A stretch of DNA of 64,000 nucleotides, taken from the NCBI GenBank assembly GCA_050117845.1, contig JASFLY010000002.1:128001-192000 (forward strand). Reading direction: 5' to 3'. Made by a program: the position numbers and the translations under genes. How positions within the stretch are numbered: position 1 is the first letter of the stretch; each line of letters begins with the position of its first letter. The notes beneath the pieces are model-generated. The model did no database searches. It had not been told where the DNA came from and saw only the letters and a program-made list of their open reading frames with translations. Shown piece by piece: positions 17,128 to 26,708 of the stretch. The DNA is from Candidatus Zixiibacteriota bacterium (GTDB taxonomy: Bacteria; RBG-13-66-14; B26-G2; WVWN01).

Positions 17128-18861
17128 ATGTCCTTGAAAGTCAAATTCCCATTGCTGGCGTTCATACTACCCTGTTACCTCGCGGCGGCCAGCGGGGCGC
17201 ACGCCGGCCGTGTAGAACTTGCGGACGCCCGAACCGCGGCGCTGGGCGGCGGCCCGGCCATAGATTCGGGGTTTTACGCCCTGGGGACCAATCCCGCCGT
17301 CCTGTACGGCCTGACGCACATGCAATTCACTTTCGACCATCGCATCTACCCGACGCCCAACGCCGCCCGGGAAACCGTCGGGGCCGCCTTTCCCCTGGGC
17401 TCGTACGGCACCGTCGCCGGGGGTTTCGGGACCGTCCGCGTCGGCGGCATCGAACGCTACTCCCCGGGCAACGAGCCCCTCGGCGAGTACGTCTACCACG
17501 ACGACCTGATAACCGCCGGGTACGGCGTCGGCGTGACCCGGTGGCTGGCCGTGGGCGGCGCCTTCAACTACGGCCGCTCGCTGACGTCGCCCGACAACGT
17601 ATTCACGTCGGTGGGCGCGGACGCGGGCGCGTATTTCCGGCCCCTCGGCGCCGAATCCTCGCTCGAAAACACGGTGGGGACGGTGGCGCTGGCGCTGAAC
17701 GTCAAGAACATCTTCGCCACCCAGCGGGAGGTATACACCGGCGACTATCGCGAACCCGCGCGGCTTTCGCTCGGGGCGCTCTGGGGCCGGGAGTTGGGAC
17801 GCTACCGGCTGGGCCTGACGCTGGGCGTCCCGACCTACGAGCCAGAGCTGACGGGCCTGGGTTGCGAATTCGTATTGGCCGAAACGGTGGCCGGCAGGGT
17901 GGGCGTATCCGGGTCGCACCCGTCCGCCGGCGTCGGCGTCAGCACCAACCTCTTCTCTTTCGACTACTGCTACGCGACGCGTGAAAACGGCGCCTCCCAC
18001 TACTTCACGGTTTCGGTCAATCCCGGGCGGGACATTCACGGCCGGGGGGAACGACGCCGCCAGACAGAGAAGTGGCTGGCCGAGGGGCGGAGTTACTTCG
18101 AGGCCGGCAACTACGAGTTGGCCGCCGAACGCTTCGCCAACGCGCTGGAGTGGGACCCGCGCAACGACATCGCCCGCCAATACTGGATCCGGGCGAAGTA
18201 CCACATGTACATGGCCGAGGGCGAGGCCTACGTTTCCCAGGGGAAATGGGACGAGGCGCGGCGCGCCTACCGCGGCGCGTTGGTGGTCGTCCCCGACGAT
18301 TTCCTGGCCCAGGAATCGCTGGGCCGGGTGGACCAGCTCGAGGAGCAGGAGAAAGCCCGGCTCGCCGAAGAGCAACGCATAGCGGACCTAATGGCCCAGG
18401 CCGAGGATTACCGCCGGCGCGGCGCCTACCGTCAGGCCATCAACGTATGCGAACAAATCCTGGCCGACCACCCCGACCACGCCGAGGCCCGCAAACTCGC
18501 CAACCAGGCCCGCGCCCTGCTCGCGGCGGCGACGTCCAAAACCGTCGAACCGGTAAAGGCGCCCGAAATCACGCCCGAGGCCATCGAGCAGTACCGCGAG
18601 GCCAGCCGCGCCTTCAGCCGGGGCGCCGTGGGCGAGGCCGTGCGCTCGCTCGAAGACGTCGTAATGCGCTATCCGGACTACGCGCCCGCCCGCGCGAAGC
18701 TTGTCGAGGCCTACCTGTATCAGGGCCTGGATTTCTACTCCAAGGGGTCCCTCGCGGCGGCCGTACGCGTTTGGGGTCGCGGCCTGGCGCTCGACCCCGG
18801 GAACGAGAAGCTAACCCGGTACATACGCAAGGCGGAAGTCGAAATCGACCAAATCCGGTAA
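17128..18861 (+). CDS. PorV/PorQ-like outer-membrane barrel fused to C-terminal TPR domains
   Basis: Signal peptide; ARTAALGG...NPAVL; beta-strand region to FDYCY..HYFTVS; multiple TPRs. Confidence 0.75.
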   Translation: MSLKVKFPLLAFILPCYLAAASGAHAGRVELADARTAALGGGPAIDSGFYALGTNPAVLYGLTHMQFTFDHRIYPTPNAARETVGAAFPLGSYGTVAGGFGTVRVGGIERYSPGNEPLGEYVYHDDLITAGYGVGVTRWLAVGGAFNYGRSLTSPDNVFTSVGADAGAYFRPLGAESSLENTVGTVALALNVKNIFATQREVYTGDYREPARLSLGALWGRELGRYRLGLTLGVPTYEPELTGLGCEFVLAETVAGRVGVSGSHPSAGVGVSTNLFSFDYCYATRENGASHYFTVSVNPGRDIHGRGERRRQTEKWLAEGRSYFEAGNYELAAERFANALEWDPRNDIARQYWIRAKYHMYMAEGEAYVSQGKWDEARRAYRGALVVVPDDFLAQESLGRVDQLEEQEKARLAEEQRIADLMAQAEDYRRRGAYRQAINVCEQILADHPDHAEARKLANQARALLAAATSKTVEPVKAPEITPEAIEQYREASRAFSRGAVGEAVRSLEDVVMRYPDYAPARAKLVEAYLYQGLDFYSKGSLAAAVRVWGRGLALDPGNEKLTRYIRKAEVEIDQIR

Positions 18862-18919
18862 GGGGCGGCGCCGTTCCCGCGCCCCGGGCCGGTATTAAAG
18901 GTGGTCTTGTCCTAATACG

Positions 18920-20512
18920 ATGCAGAAATTAAAGAACGTACTCTTCTCGGTGCGGACCATGGCGGCCGGCGTGGCGGTGCTTTTCGTCGTAACGCTCGTC
19001 GGCGTTACCGGGTTTATAGTAATCCGGCACGAGAGGCTGGCCCTGACCCGGGAGGTGGAGCTCCGCGTCCTTTCGCAGGCCCGGAGCATCGCGGCCTCCT
19101 CGGAACGGACCATGCTCGAGCCCGACCCGGAACTCACCTTCCAGAAGCTCTTGCGGGAAATGATGTCCCGCGACCCGGACATAGAAAGCATCATCGTCGT
19201 CGACGCCGATGACGTAATCCTCGCCCACCCGGAAGTAATCAAAATCGGCACGGCCTACGTCGGGCCCACGGGCCTCGTCTACGTTGCCGACCTCGACTAC
19301 CTAGACCCGGACGAAACCGTGGCCGAGGGCGAGGACGTCTTCCTGGTGCAGGCGCCCATCAAGCGGACCTACGAGGGAGAAGTCTCCACCATAGGCCGCG
19401 TCTACATCCGCTCGTCCAAGGGTAAAATCGAAAAGGCCATCGTCTCGGCCCGCGTCCAGATAATCGCCATCGGCGCGATCGTAAGCGTCCTGGGCAGCGT
19501 GGTCGCGGTCCTGCTTTCGGGGTTCATCACCACGCCCATAAAGAAGCTGGCCGTCGGCGCCCGGCGCATCGGCGAGGGGGACCTCACGGTCCGCGTGAAA
19601 GGGGGAGGCCACGGCGAAATAGGCCAACTCGCCGCCACCCTCAACGAGATGACCGAACGTCTCTCCACCGCCCGCGAACAGATAGTCGAGAAGGAGCGGA
19701 TGTCGAAGGAGCTCGAAATCGCCCGCGGCATCCAACAGAGTCTGTTGCCCACGACATTCCCGGACGTGCCGTCGGTGGAAGTGGCCGCGGCCTGCGAGAG
19801 CGCCACCGAGGTCGGCGGCGACTACTTCGACCTTATAACCATCGACAACCGCCGCATAGGCGTCGTCATCGCAGACGTATCGGGCAAGGGCGTCCCCGGC
19901 CTACTCGTCATGGGCGTCGCCCGCAACGTCATCCGCGCCCAGGCCCGCCAGCACCTCTCGCCGCGTGAGGTCCTCATCCGGGCCAACGACATCATCGCGC
20001 CCGACATCCACCGCGGCATGTTCGTCACCGTGCTCTACGGCGTTCTCGACGTCGAGCGCCGGGCGTTCAACTTCGCCAACGCCGGCCATAACCCGCTCAT
20101 AATCCTCAAGCGCAGCGGGCCGGTGCCGTACGAGATAATAAAAACCCAGGGCCGGCCGGTCGGCTTCATGGCCGGGTCGTTCTTCGACGACCGCCTCGAG
20201 GAGACCTCCATCGCCGTCGAGGAGGGCGACACCATCTTCGCCTACACCGACGGCATCATGGACGCCATGAATCAGAACGACGACGAGTTCGGCATGGACC
20301 GGGTTATAGAAACGCTAACCGAGAAGCGCGCCGCGCCGGTGCAGGAGATAGCCGACACCCTGCTCGCCCGCATCAACGATTTCGCGGGCGACCGGGCCCA
20401 GACCGACGACATGACGCTGCTCGCCATCGCTCTCAAATCGACCGAGGCGCCGACCGAAATCCCCCCGCCCACCGGCGAGGGCGCCGTGGTTTCCGGCCGG
20501 CCGGACGCCTAA
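18920..20512 (+). CDS. Membrane sensor HAMP-PP2C (SpoIIE/RsbU-family) Ser phosphatase
   Basis: Two TM helices, HAMP, ELEIARGIQQSLLP, EVGGDYFD, ADVSGKG, NAGHNP, YTDG, DDMT. Confidence 0.92.
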   Translation: MQKLKNVLFSVRTMAAGVAVLFVVTLVGVTGFIVIRHERLALTREVELRVLSQARSIAASSERTMLEPDPELTFQKLLREMMSRDPDIESIIVVDADDVILAHPEVIKIGTAYVGPTGLVYVADLDYLDPDETVAEGEDVFLVQAPIKRTYEGEVSTIGRVYIRSSKGKIEKAIVSARVQIIAIGAIVSVLGSVVAVLLSGFITTPIKKLAVGARRIGEGDLTVRVKGGGHGEIGQLAATLNEMTERLSTAREQIVEKERMSKELEIARGIQQSLLPTTFPDVPSVEVAAACESATEVGGDYFDLITIDNRRIGVVIADVSGKGVPGLLVMGVARNVIRAQARQHLSPREVLIRANDIIAPDIHRGMFVTVLYGVLDVERRAFNFANAGHNPLIILKRSGPVPYEIIKTQGRPVGFMAGSFFDDRLEETSIAVEEGDTIFAYTDGIMDAMNQNDDEFGMDRVIETLTEKRAAPVQEIADTLLARINDFAGDRAQTDDMTLLAIALKSTEAPTEIPPPTGEGAVVSGRPDA

Positions 20513-20528
20513 GCGCACGCCCGACGAT

Positions 20529-20966
20529 ATGGCCGAAAGGGAATACCAATTCCGCATTAGAAGCCAGGTCTCCCAGCTGGAGAAGGTCCGGAAGTGGGCC
20601 GCCTACATCGCCCGGGCCCTCGGCTTCGCGGAGCGCGCCGTCTTCGAAATCGAACTCTCGATCTACGAGGCCTGCGCCAACGTCATCGAACACGCGTACT
20701 CGAACGACCCCGGCAACTACATCGACGTCAAGATAGCGGTGGAGTTGGACCGTCTTATAGTAACCATTCGGGACGAGGGAGGCGCTTTCCAGACGTCGGA
20801 GTTAAAAGAAAAAGATATCGCCAGGATTATCGAAACCGAACAGGACGGCGGCCTCGGCATGCACATTATCGAGGCCTGCATGGACGAGATACTTTACCGG
20901 CGTCAGGGCCGGACCAACATTCTCGAGCTCGTAAAGTACCTGCCGCGCGTGGCGCACGCGCCTTAA
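20529..20966 (+). CDS. rsbW: RsbW/SpoIIAB-type anti-sigma Ser/Thr kinase
   Basis: EACANVIEHAY, IRDEG, GGLGMHII. Confidence 0.9.
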   Translation: MAEREYQFRIRSQVSQLEKVRKWAAYIARALGFAERAVFEIELSIYEACANVIEHAYSNDPGNYIDVKIAVELDRLIVTIRDEGGAFQTSELKEKDIARIIETEQDGGLGMHIIEACMDEILYRRQGRTNILELVKYLPRVAHAP

Positions 20967-20978
20967 AGCAATAAGACC

Positions 20979-23024
20979 ATGGCGAAAGAACTCTCCATCC
21001 GGCTAGCAGAGAAGACGCCCGACGGCGTCCACATCTTCCGCGTTTCCGGGGCCCTCGGCGTCGAGGGATCCGCCGGCATCCAGGGCCTCTTGGACGCCTG
21101 CATGAAGGAGGGCGTAAACAAGATAGTCCTCGACCTCCACGAGGTCGGTTTCATCTCGAGCGCGGGGATGGGGGCGTTCCTGTCGGCCGTGGGGGAACTG
21201 CGCAAGAAGACCGGCGACATCATCTTCGCGCGGATGCAGGACAAGATACTTTCGGTATTCAAGAACCTAGACGTGCTCGACTACTTCATCGTGGCCGACG
21301 ACGTGGAACAGGCCGTCGAGCGCTTCCGCGGCGGCCAGCTGCCCCAGCCGCCCAGCATCGAGGAATTGACCGCCGGCTCCGGCCACGCGGGCCGGGAGGA
21401 GGTAGGGGCGTCGGCCGCTCTCTTCTCGCTCCTGGCCGCTTACGCCGACATCCTCGGTACGGACGCCGACGCCAGCGTTCAGCTGTCCCAGATAGTCGAC
21501 GTAACCGCCAATTACCTCGCCATAGAGCAATGCGCCTTCGTCCCGCTCACCGAGGCGCTGGGCCTCGCGACCGCCGCGGCGCGCGGCGCCCCCCCGGCCC
21601 CCACCGCCGAAGTGAAATCCGTCCTCGCCGGTTCGCTCGCCGGCAAGGAGATAGTCGCCGTCGACCAGCTACCGACCATAAACAAGGAACTCGCCGCCTG
21701 GGCCGCCGAAAGCCGCGCGCATTTCATAATGCCCCTGGCCGTCGGCGGGAAACCCGTCGCCCTTCTGGCCGTGGGCGACAAGAAGGACGGGAAATCAATC
21801 TCGACCGAGGAGAAGCGCATCCTCCGTTACCTGCGCACGTCCCTCAACCTGGCGCTCGAAGGCCGGATGCTGGCGCGCCAGCTGGCCGGCGAATCCCCCG
21901 GCGATAAAAAAGTAATCAGCCGCCGGACGATGGAAATGGAAACCCTTTTCTCGGTCTCCCAATCCCTGGCGGGGGCCATGGAAACCGAGAAAATGCTGCC
22001 GACCTTCCTCATGATGATAACCGGCCAGTACGGGACCGACCGGGCGGCCGTTCTCCTTCCCGGGGCCGGCGGCGAATTCGTGGTCCGCTCTTCCCGCGGC
22101 GTCGACGAATCCGCCCTTTCGGAAATGGTCCTCCCGAAGAAAGGCCTCGCCGAAATCGTCGGCGCCCAAATCGGCCCCGCGGTCCTCGCCGTCATTTCGC
22201 TTACGCTTGACGAGGAGTACCGGCCGCAGATAAAACCCTTCGTCAACCAGGGCCTCGCCGTCCTGGCGCCGATGCGCTACAAAAACCGGCTCATCGGCAT
22301 CGTGGCGCTGGGGGCGAAGATCTCGGGCCGCGACTTCGACCCGGACGAACTCCGCCTCCTCGACGCCCTGGTCAACCTGGCCGCCGTAAGCATCGAGACC
22401 GCGCTTCTGCTCGAGAAGACCAAGAAGAACTACGGCGGCCTCGTGCGCGCGCTAATCTCGGCCATCGAGGCCAAGGACAAATTCACGCGCGGCCACACCG
22501 AACGCGTCACGCTGTACGCCGCCGCCCTCGCCGACGAGATTGGCCTGCCCGAGGAGGAGCGCCAGAACCTCCTCTTCGGCGCGGTCCTCCACGACGTCGG
22601 GTACCTCGGCGTGCCGGAGGAGATCCTCCGCATGCCGGACGGCATCACGGAACAGCAGCTGGAAGAGCTGCGCCAGCACCCCCTCATCGGCTGCAACATC
22701 CTCAAGGACATCCCGCTCCTAAGCAAGGCGCTGGACGCCGTCCGGTCCCACCACGAGAGTTACGACGGCTCGGGGTACCCCGACGGCCTGGCCGGCGAGG
22801 ACATCCCCATCATCGCCCGCATCGTCGCCGTCGCCGACACCTTCGACGCCATAACCACCGACCGCCGCTACCGCAAAGCGAAGTCCAAAGAGGAAGCCCT
22901 GGAAGAAATAAAAAAGAACCGCGGCACGCAATTCGACCCGGCCATCGCCGACCGCTTCGTGGAACTCGTCGAGTCCGGCCGCCTGGACACCATCAAGAAA
23001 GGCCGTAAAAAACAAGAGGGATAG
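20979..23024 (+). CDS. STAS (anti-anti-sigma)-GAF-GAF-HD-GYP cyclic-dinucleotide phosphodiesterase
   Basis: STAS motif VGFISSAGMG; two GAF-like regions; HTERV, HDVG, HHE, GYPDGL, VADTFDA. Confidence 0.9.
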   Translation: MAKELSIRLAEKTPDGVHIFRVSGALGVEGSAGIQGLLDACMKEGVNKIVLDLHEVGFISSAGMGAFLSAVGELRKKTGDIIFARMQDKILSVFKNLDVLDYFIVADDVEQAVERFRGGQLPQPPSIEELTAGSGHAGREEVGASAALFSLLAAYADILGTDADASVQLSQIVDVTANYLAIEQCAFVPLTEALGLATAAARGAPPAPTAEVKSVLAGSLAGKEIVAVDQLPTINKELAAWAAESRAHFIMPLAVGGKPVALLAVGDKKDGKSISTEEKRILRYLRTSLNLALEGRMLARQLAGESPGDKKVISRRTMEMETLFSVSQSLAGAMETEKMLPTFLMMITGQYGTDRAAVLLPGAGGEFVVRSSRGVDESALSEMVLPKKGLAEIVGAQIGPAVLAVISLTLDEEYRPQIKPFVNQGLAVLAPMRYKNRLIGIVALGAKISGRDFDPDELRLLDALVNLAAVSIETALLLEKTKKNYGGLVRALISAIEAKDKFTRGHTERVTLYAAALADEIGLPEEERQNLLFGAVLHDVGYLGVPEEILRMPDGITEQQLEELRQHPLIGCNILKDIPLLSKALDAVRSHHESYDGSGYPDGLAGEDIPIIARIVAVADTFDAITTDRRYRKAKSKEEALEEIKKNRGTQFDPAIADRFVELVESGRLDTIKKGRKKQEG

Positions 23025-23026
23025 AT

Positions 23027-23668
23027 ATGCCGAAAAAAATCGCCGCCGCCATCTTCGTGATGGCCGTCCTCGTTCTTATAACCTTCGCCCTTCCCGGCCA
23101 ACCGGCCGCGGGCGGCGACAAGGAGAAAATCGAAGGCTACCTGGAACGCGGCAACGAACTCGCCGCCGAGGGCGACTACGACGGCGCCATGGCCGAATAC
23201 AATAAGGTCATAAAAATAGACGAGAATAACGCGCTGGCCCACAATAACTTGGGCATCATTTACAAGCGCAAGGGCCTCTACATCTCCGCGGTCGAGGAGT
23301 TCAAGGCCGCGCTGGAGGGCCTGCCCAATTATTTCAAAGCCTACAACAACCTCGCCAACGTTTACTTCGAACGCGAGTATTACGACGAGGCGGCGAAGTA
23401 CTACAATAAGTGCCTCGCCATAAAGCCCAACTTCGCCGACGCCCACTGGAACCTCGCGCTCACCTACGAAAAACAGGGAGAGAAGTCCCGGGCCGTACGG
23501 CATTTTAAAAAGTTTATCGAGCTCTCGGACGCGTCAACGTACGTCGCGCTCGCCCAACAGCACATCGACGAACTTTCCGCTAAGCCCGACGAAACCGAAA
23601 CCCCGGCCGGCATGACGACGTACGGAGAAGACGCCCTTGAACCCGTCGAAGAAACTCCCTCATATTAA
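23027..23668 (+). CDS. Exported TPR protein
   Basis: Signal or anchor segment; canonical TPRs AHNNLG, AYNNLA, AHWNLA. Confidence 0.9.
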   Translation: MPKKIAAAIFVMAVLVLITFALPGQPAAGGDKEKIEGYLERGNELAAEGDYDGAMAEYNKVIKIDENNALAHNNLGIIYKRKGLYISAVEEFKAALEGLPNYFKAYNNLANVYFEREYYDEAAKYYNKCLAIKPNFADAHWNLALTYEKQGEKSRAVRHFKKFIELSDASTYVALAQQHIDELSAKPDETETPAGMTTYGEDALEPVEETPSY

Positions 23669-24785
23669 AGCCTCGGCCGCCCGGCGCTTCGCGGCGACGT
23701 TGATTCTGGCCCTGGCCTTCGGGGCCGGCGGCGCGGCCTCGGCCGACGCCCCCGTCGACTCCTTCGCGGGCCCGGAGGACTTCGCGCCCGCTCCGGCCGA
23801 GCTGGAATTCCTGACCCTCGACAGCTTCGCGGCCGGCTCCGAATACCTCCCCTTCCCCCTGGCGGAAGTCCCCTTCGATTCCTGGGCAATGCCCGGCGAC
23901 CGTTCGCAGTTCCTTCCCCTCCCGCCGAAGGACGAGGCCGGGACCTTCGACGCGTTGGCGGTCCGCGGCGACGAGCTGGAACGCTACGAGCGGGCCAGCA
24001 CCTTCGCCGGCGGTTACGGCTCCGGCGAGAAGCGCTGCGTAATACTTATGTACCACCGCTTCCGGGCCGTCCCCGCCAATAAATACGAAGTGTCCCACTA
24101 CGACTTCCGGCAACAGATGGACTACATCGAACGGAACGGCTACGAGGTAATATCCATCGACCAACTGGTCGAGGCCCTCCAGACAAACGAACCCGACCTC
24201 CTGCCGCCCCGCTCCGTCGTCATAACCGTGGACGACGGCTACCGCTGCGTCTACGATTACGCCTGGCCCGTCCTCGCGGAGTACGGCTTCCCCTTCTCGA
24301 TTTACATTTACACCCGCTACGTCGAATGCGGCGGGAACTCCATGACATGGAACGAAGTCCGCGACATCTCCGCCGACGACCTCGTGACCATAGGCGCCCA
24401 CTCCATAAGCCACCCCAACCTCGCCAACCCGCGCAAGGCCGTGGGCCGCTACGAGTCCTGGGTCTCCCGGGAGATTAACTACCCCAAACAACGGCTGGAG
24501 GCCGAACTCGGCAAGCCGGTGCGGACCTTCTGCTGGCCCTACGGTTCCTACAACTCGTACTGCGTGAGCGTGGCCATCAACGCCGGCTACGAGGGCCTGT
24601 TGACCGTCAACGCCGGCGCCAACTCCATGGACTCCTCGCCCTACCACCTCCGCCGCTACGGCGTCTACTGGCACACGCCGCTCTCGCTCTTCGCCCGGAT
24701 GCTGGAGGGGAAATCGGTGACCGACGACATGTGGGACTACGAACTCGCCACCACCGACAAGGAGACCGAGTTCCTGATCCCCTGA
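23637..24785 (+). CDS. Exported polysaccharide deacetylase (NodB/CE4 family); start uncertain
   Basis: ILMYH, ITVDDGY, HSISH, WPYG. Confidence 0.88.
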   Translation: MNPSKKLPHIKASAARRFAATLILALAFGAGGAASADAPVDSFAGPEDFAPAPAELEFLTLDSFAAGSEYLPFPLAEVPFDSWAMPGDRSQFLPLPPKDEAGTFDALAVRGDELERYERASTFAGGYGSGEKRCVILMYHRFRAVPANKYEVSHYDFRQQMDYIERNGYEVISIDQLVEALQTNEPDLLPPRSVVITVDDGYRCVYDYAWPVLAEYGFPFSIYIYTRYVECGGNSMTWNEVRDISADDLVTIGAHSISHPNLANPRKAVGRYESWVSREINYPKQRLEAELGKPVRTFCWPYGSYNSYCVSVAINAGYEGLLTVNAGANSMDSSPYHLRRYGVYWHTPLSLFARMLEGKSVTDDMWDYELATTDKETEFLIP

Positions 24786-24815
24786 TACTCCTAAGCCGTA
24801 TTTACGTAAAATAAT

Positions 24816-24846
24816 AACGGGAGCCCGAGGGCTCCCTGTTTGTTTT
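24816..24846. terminator. Intrinsic terminator between convergent operons
   Basis: GGGAGCC-loop-GGCTCCC followed by TGTTTGTTTT. Confidence 0.7.
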
Positions 24847-24876
24847 GGTTAATGTGAACCTTCCCTGCCGGACGGC

Positions 24877-25782
24877 TTACCTCCCAATCAAATCCTCGTA
24901 CGCCGCCGCCAGCGCCCGGGCCGCCGCCGCCGCCGAGTAATTCTCGCGCACGTAGCGGGCCCCGTCGTCGTTGCGGGGGCATTCCGCGGCGAGCCGCCCG
25001 ACGGCCGCCGCGAACTCCGCGGGCGCACCGGCGAGTACGCAATGCGGGAAGTCCCGCGTCCAGACCACCTGCCTCCCCCGCAGCAGCGCCTCCAACACCA
25101 TCTGAGACAGGCCGTCGTGGGCCGTGGGCCGGATGAGAACCGACGCCTCCCGGTACAATCGGTCCATCTCCTCGCCGTCCACCAGGCCGGTGAAGCGGAC
25201 GTTCGGCGGGGCCCCGGCCTCCGCCTGCCCTCCCACGGCGATGAATTCCACGGCCGGGAACTCGCCGGCGACGTGCCTGACCGTGGGCCAGCCGTAGAAG
25301 TCTCGCCGGCGGTCCGGGACGTACGCCATGACGCGGAAACTCTCCGGCATGGCCTCCAGCTCGCCGTGCATCTTCTCCGATATGGTGGGGACGAGGTAGG
25401 CCTTCACGCCCGCCGCGGCGAGTTCGTCGACGAGCCAGGGGGCGTCCGCGATGTGCAGGTCCACGCCGCCGCGGCCCGCCCGGAAGAGCGCCCGGCGCGT
25501 AAGGTTGCCGCCCAGTTCGTACCAGTCCGAACCTATCCAGTGGAAGACGACCGCCTTGCCCATGGCCTTGAGCGCCGGGACCCACTTTAAATAGTATACC
25601 GGGTAGACGGCGTGGAAGACGTCGAACGGCTTCACCGCCCGCAGGAGGCCGAAGCCCCGCACGCCCTCCAGCGCCCGGGCGCCGGCGTACCCCGCCTGCC
25701 GCAGGCGGAGCGCCGTCAGCGCCGGCAACTCCTCCATGCCGACGAGAGCTATCTTGAGTTCGGCCGCTTCTTTCATAATCAT
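24877..25782 (-). CDS. GT-B (GT4-like) glycosyltransferase
   Basis: HWIGSD, NVRFTG, RPTAHDGLSQMVLEALLRG; ATGA overlap with the upstream gene. Confidence 0.8.
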   Translation of the reverse strand: MIMKEAAELKIALVGMEELPALTALRLRQAGYAGARALEGVRGFGLLRAVKPFDVFHAVYPVYYLKWVPALKAMGKAVVFHWIGSDWYELGGNLTRRALFRAGRGGVDLHIADAPWLVDELAAAGVKAYLVPTISEKMHGELEAMPESFRVMAYVPDRRRDFYGWPTVRHVAGEFPAVEFIAVGGQAEAGAPPNVRFTGLVDGEEMDRLYREASVLIRPTAHDGLSQMVLEALLRGRQVVWTRDFPHCVLAGAPAEFAAAVGRLAAECPRNDDGARYVRENYSAAAAARALAAAYEDLIGR

Positions 25783-26708
25783 TCGGGTTTGGGGATAAGG
25801 CCGTCCCCGGAGGCCGCGTCGGCCCGCCTACCGCCGCCCGTCCGCACAAGGTCCCACAGGCCGAGCAAGTTCCCCAAAAACAAGCGCGGCTTCAAGCGCA
25901 AGGCCGCCACCGTCGCGGCGCCGAGGACGCTGTAATAATATGAGGCCACGTTGAGGACGTTCTGCGGAAGGTGCCGCCGGTGAAGGAGGCGCTGCTCGAG
26001 AACGCGCCGGCGGGTTTTGTTCATCGGGGCAGGCCGCGCCCCCGCGGCGACGCGGTGCTCCAGCCGCGCCTCCGGCACCTGGACCAGCCGCCACTCCCGG
26101 GCCACGGTTAGCGAAATGTCGTCGTCGTCGAAGTAGTTAATCCGCCCGTCGAAGCGGCCTACGGCCTCGCGCCGAAACGCCATGTTACAGCCGGTCAGTA
26201 TCTTTACGTCCGTGCGCTCCGTCGGCTGGAACAGGAAGGTGGGGAGGCCGGAGCGCTGGAGGAAAGAACGCCGCGCGTACCGCACCTGCAAAAAGAGCCG
26301 CTGGCCGAAACGTACCCACGCCGGCGGCAGCAATTGATTGGTAATTACGCCCGTCGCGCCGCCTATCTCGGGGTCGTCGAAGGCCGACAGAAGGACCGCC
26401 AGAAAACCGTCCTCGAGCGCAACGTCGTCGTCGAGGAAGAGGACGACGTCGCCGGTGGCGGCGTCGATGCCGGCGTTGCGCTGGCCCGGCAGGCCCGGCG
26501 TCGCGCGCCGGTAGACGAAGGCCACGCCGGTAGCCGAGGCGGACAGCCGCGCCACCTCGGCCTCGGTCCGGCCGTCGGCGCTGGCGTCTACGACGACGAA
26601 CTCGTCCGGCCGCCGCGTCCCGGCCAATACCGACGCCGCCGTCGCGGCGAACTCGTCGGGCCGCGACATCGTGACGACGATTACCGATACGCGCCCGGCG
26701 CCGGTCAT
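25779..26708 (-). CDS. GT2-family glycosyltransferase
   Basis: VSVIVVT, VVVDAS, QRNAG, FLDDD, GCNMAFRR; ATG 26708 overlaps the upstream stop. Confidence 0.9.
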   Translation of the reverse strand: MTGAGRVSVIVVTMSRPDEFAATAASVLAGTRRPDEFVVVDASADGRTEAEVARLSASATGVAFVYRRATPGLPGQRNAGIDAATGDVVLFLDDDVALEDGFLAVLLSAFDDPEIGGATGVITNQLLPPAWVRFGQRLFLQVRYARRSFLQRSGLPTFLFQPTERTDVKILTGCNMAFRREAVGRFDGRINYFDDDDISLTVAREWRLVQVPEARLEHRVAAGARPAPMNKTRRRVLEQRLLHRRHLPQNVLNVASYYYSVLGAATVAALRLKPRLFLGNLLGLWDLVRTGGGRRADAASGDGLIPKPE

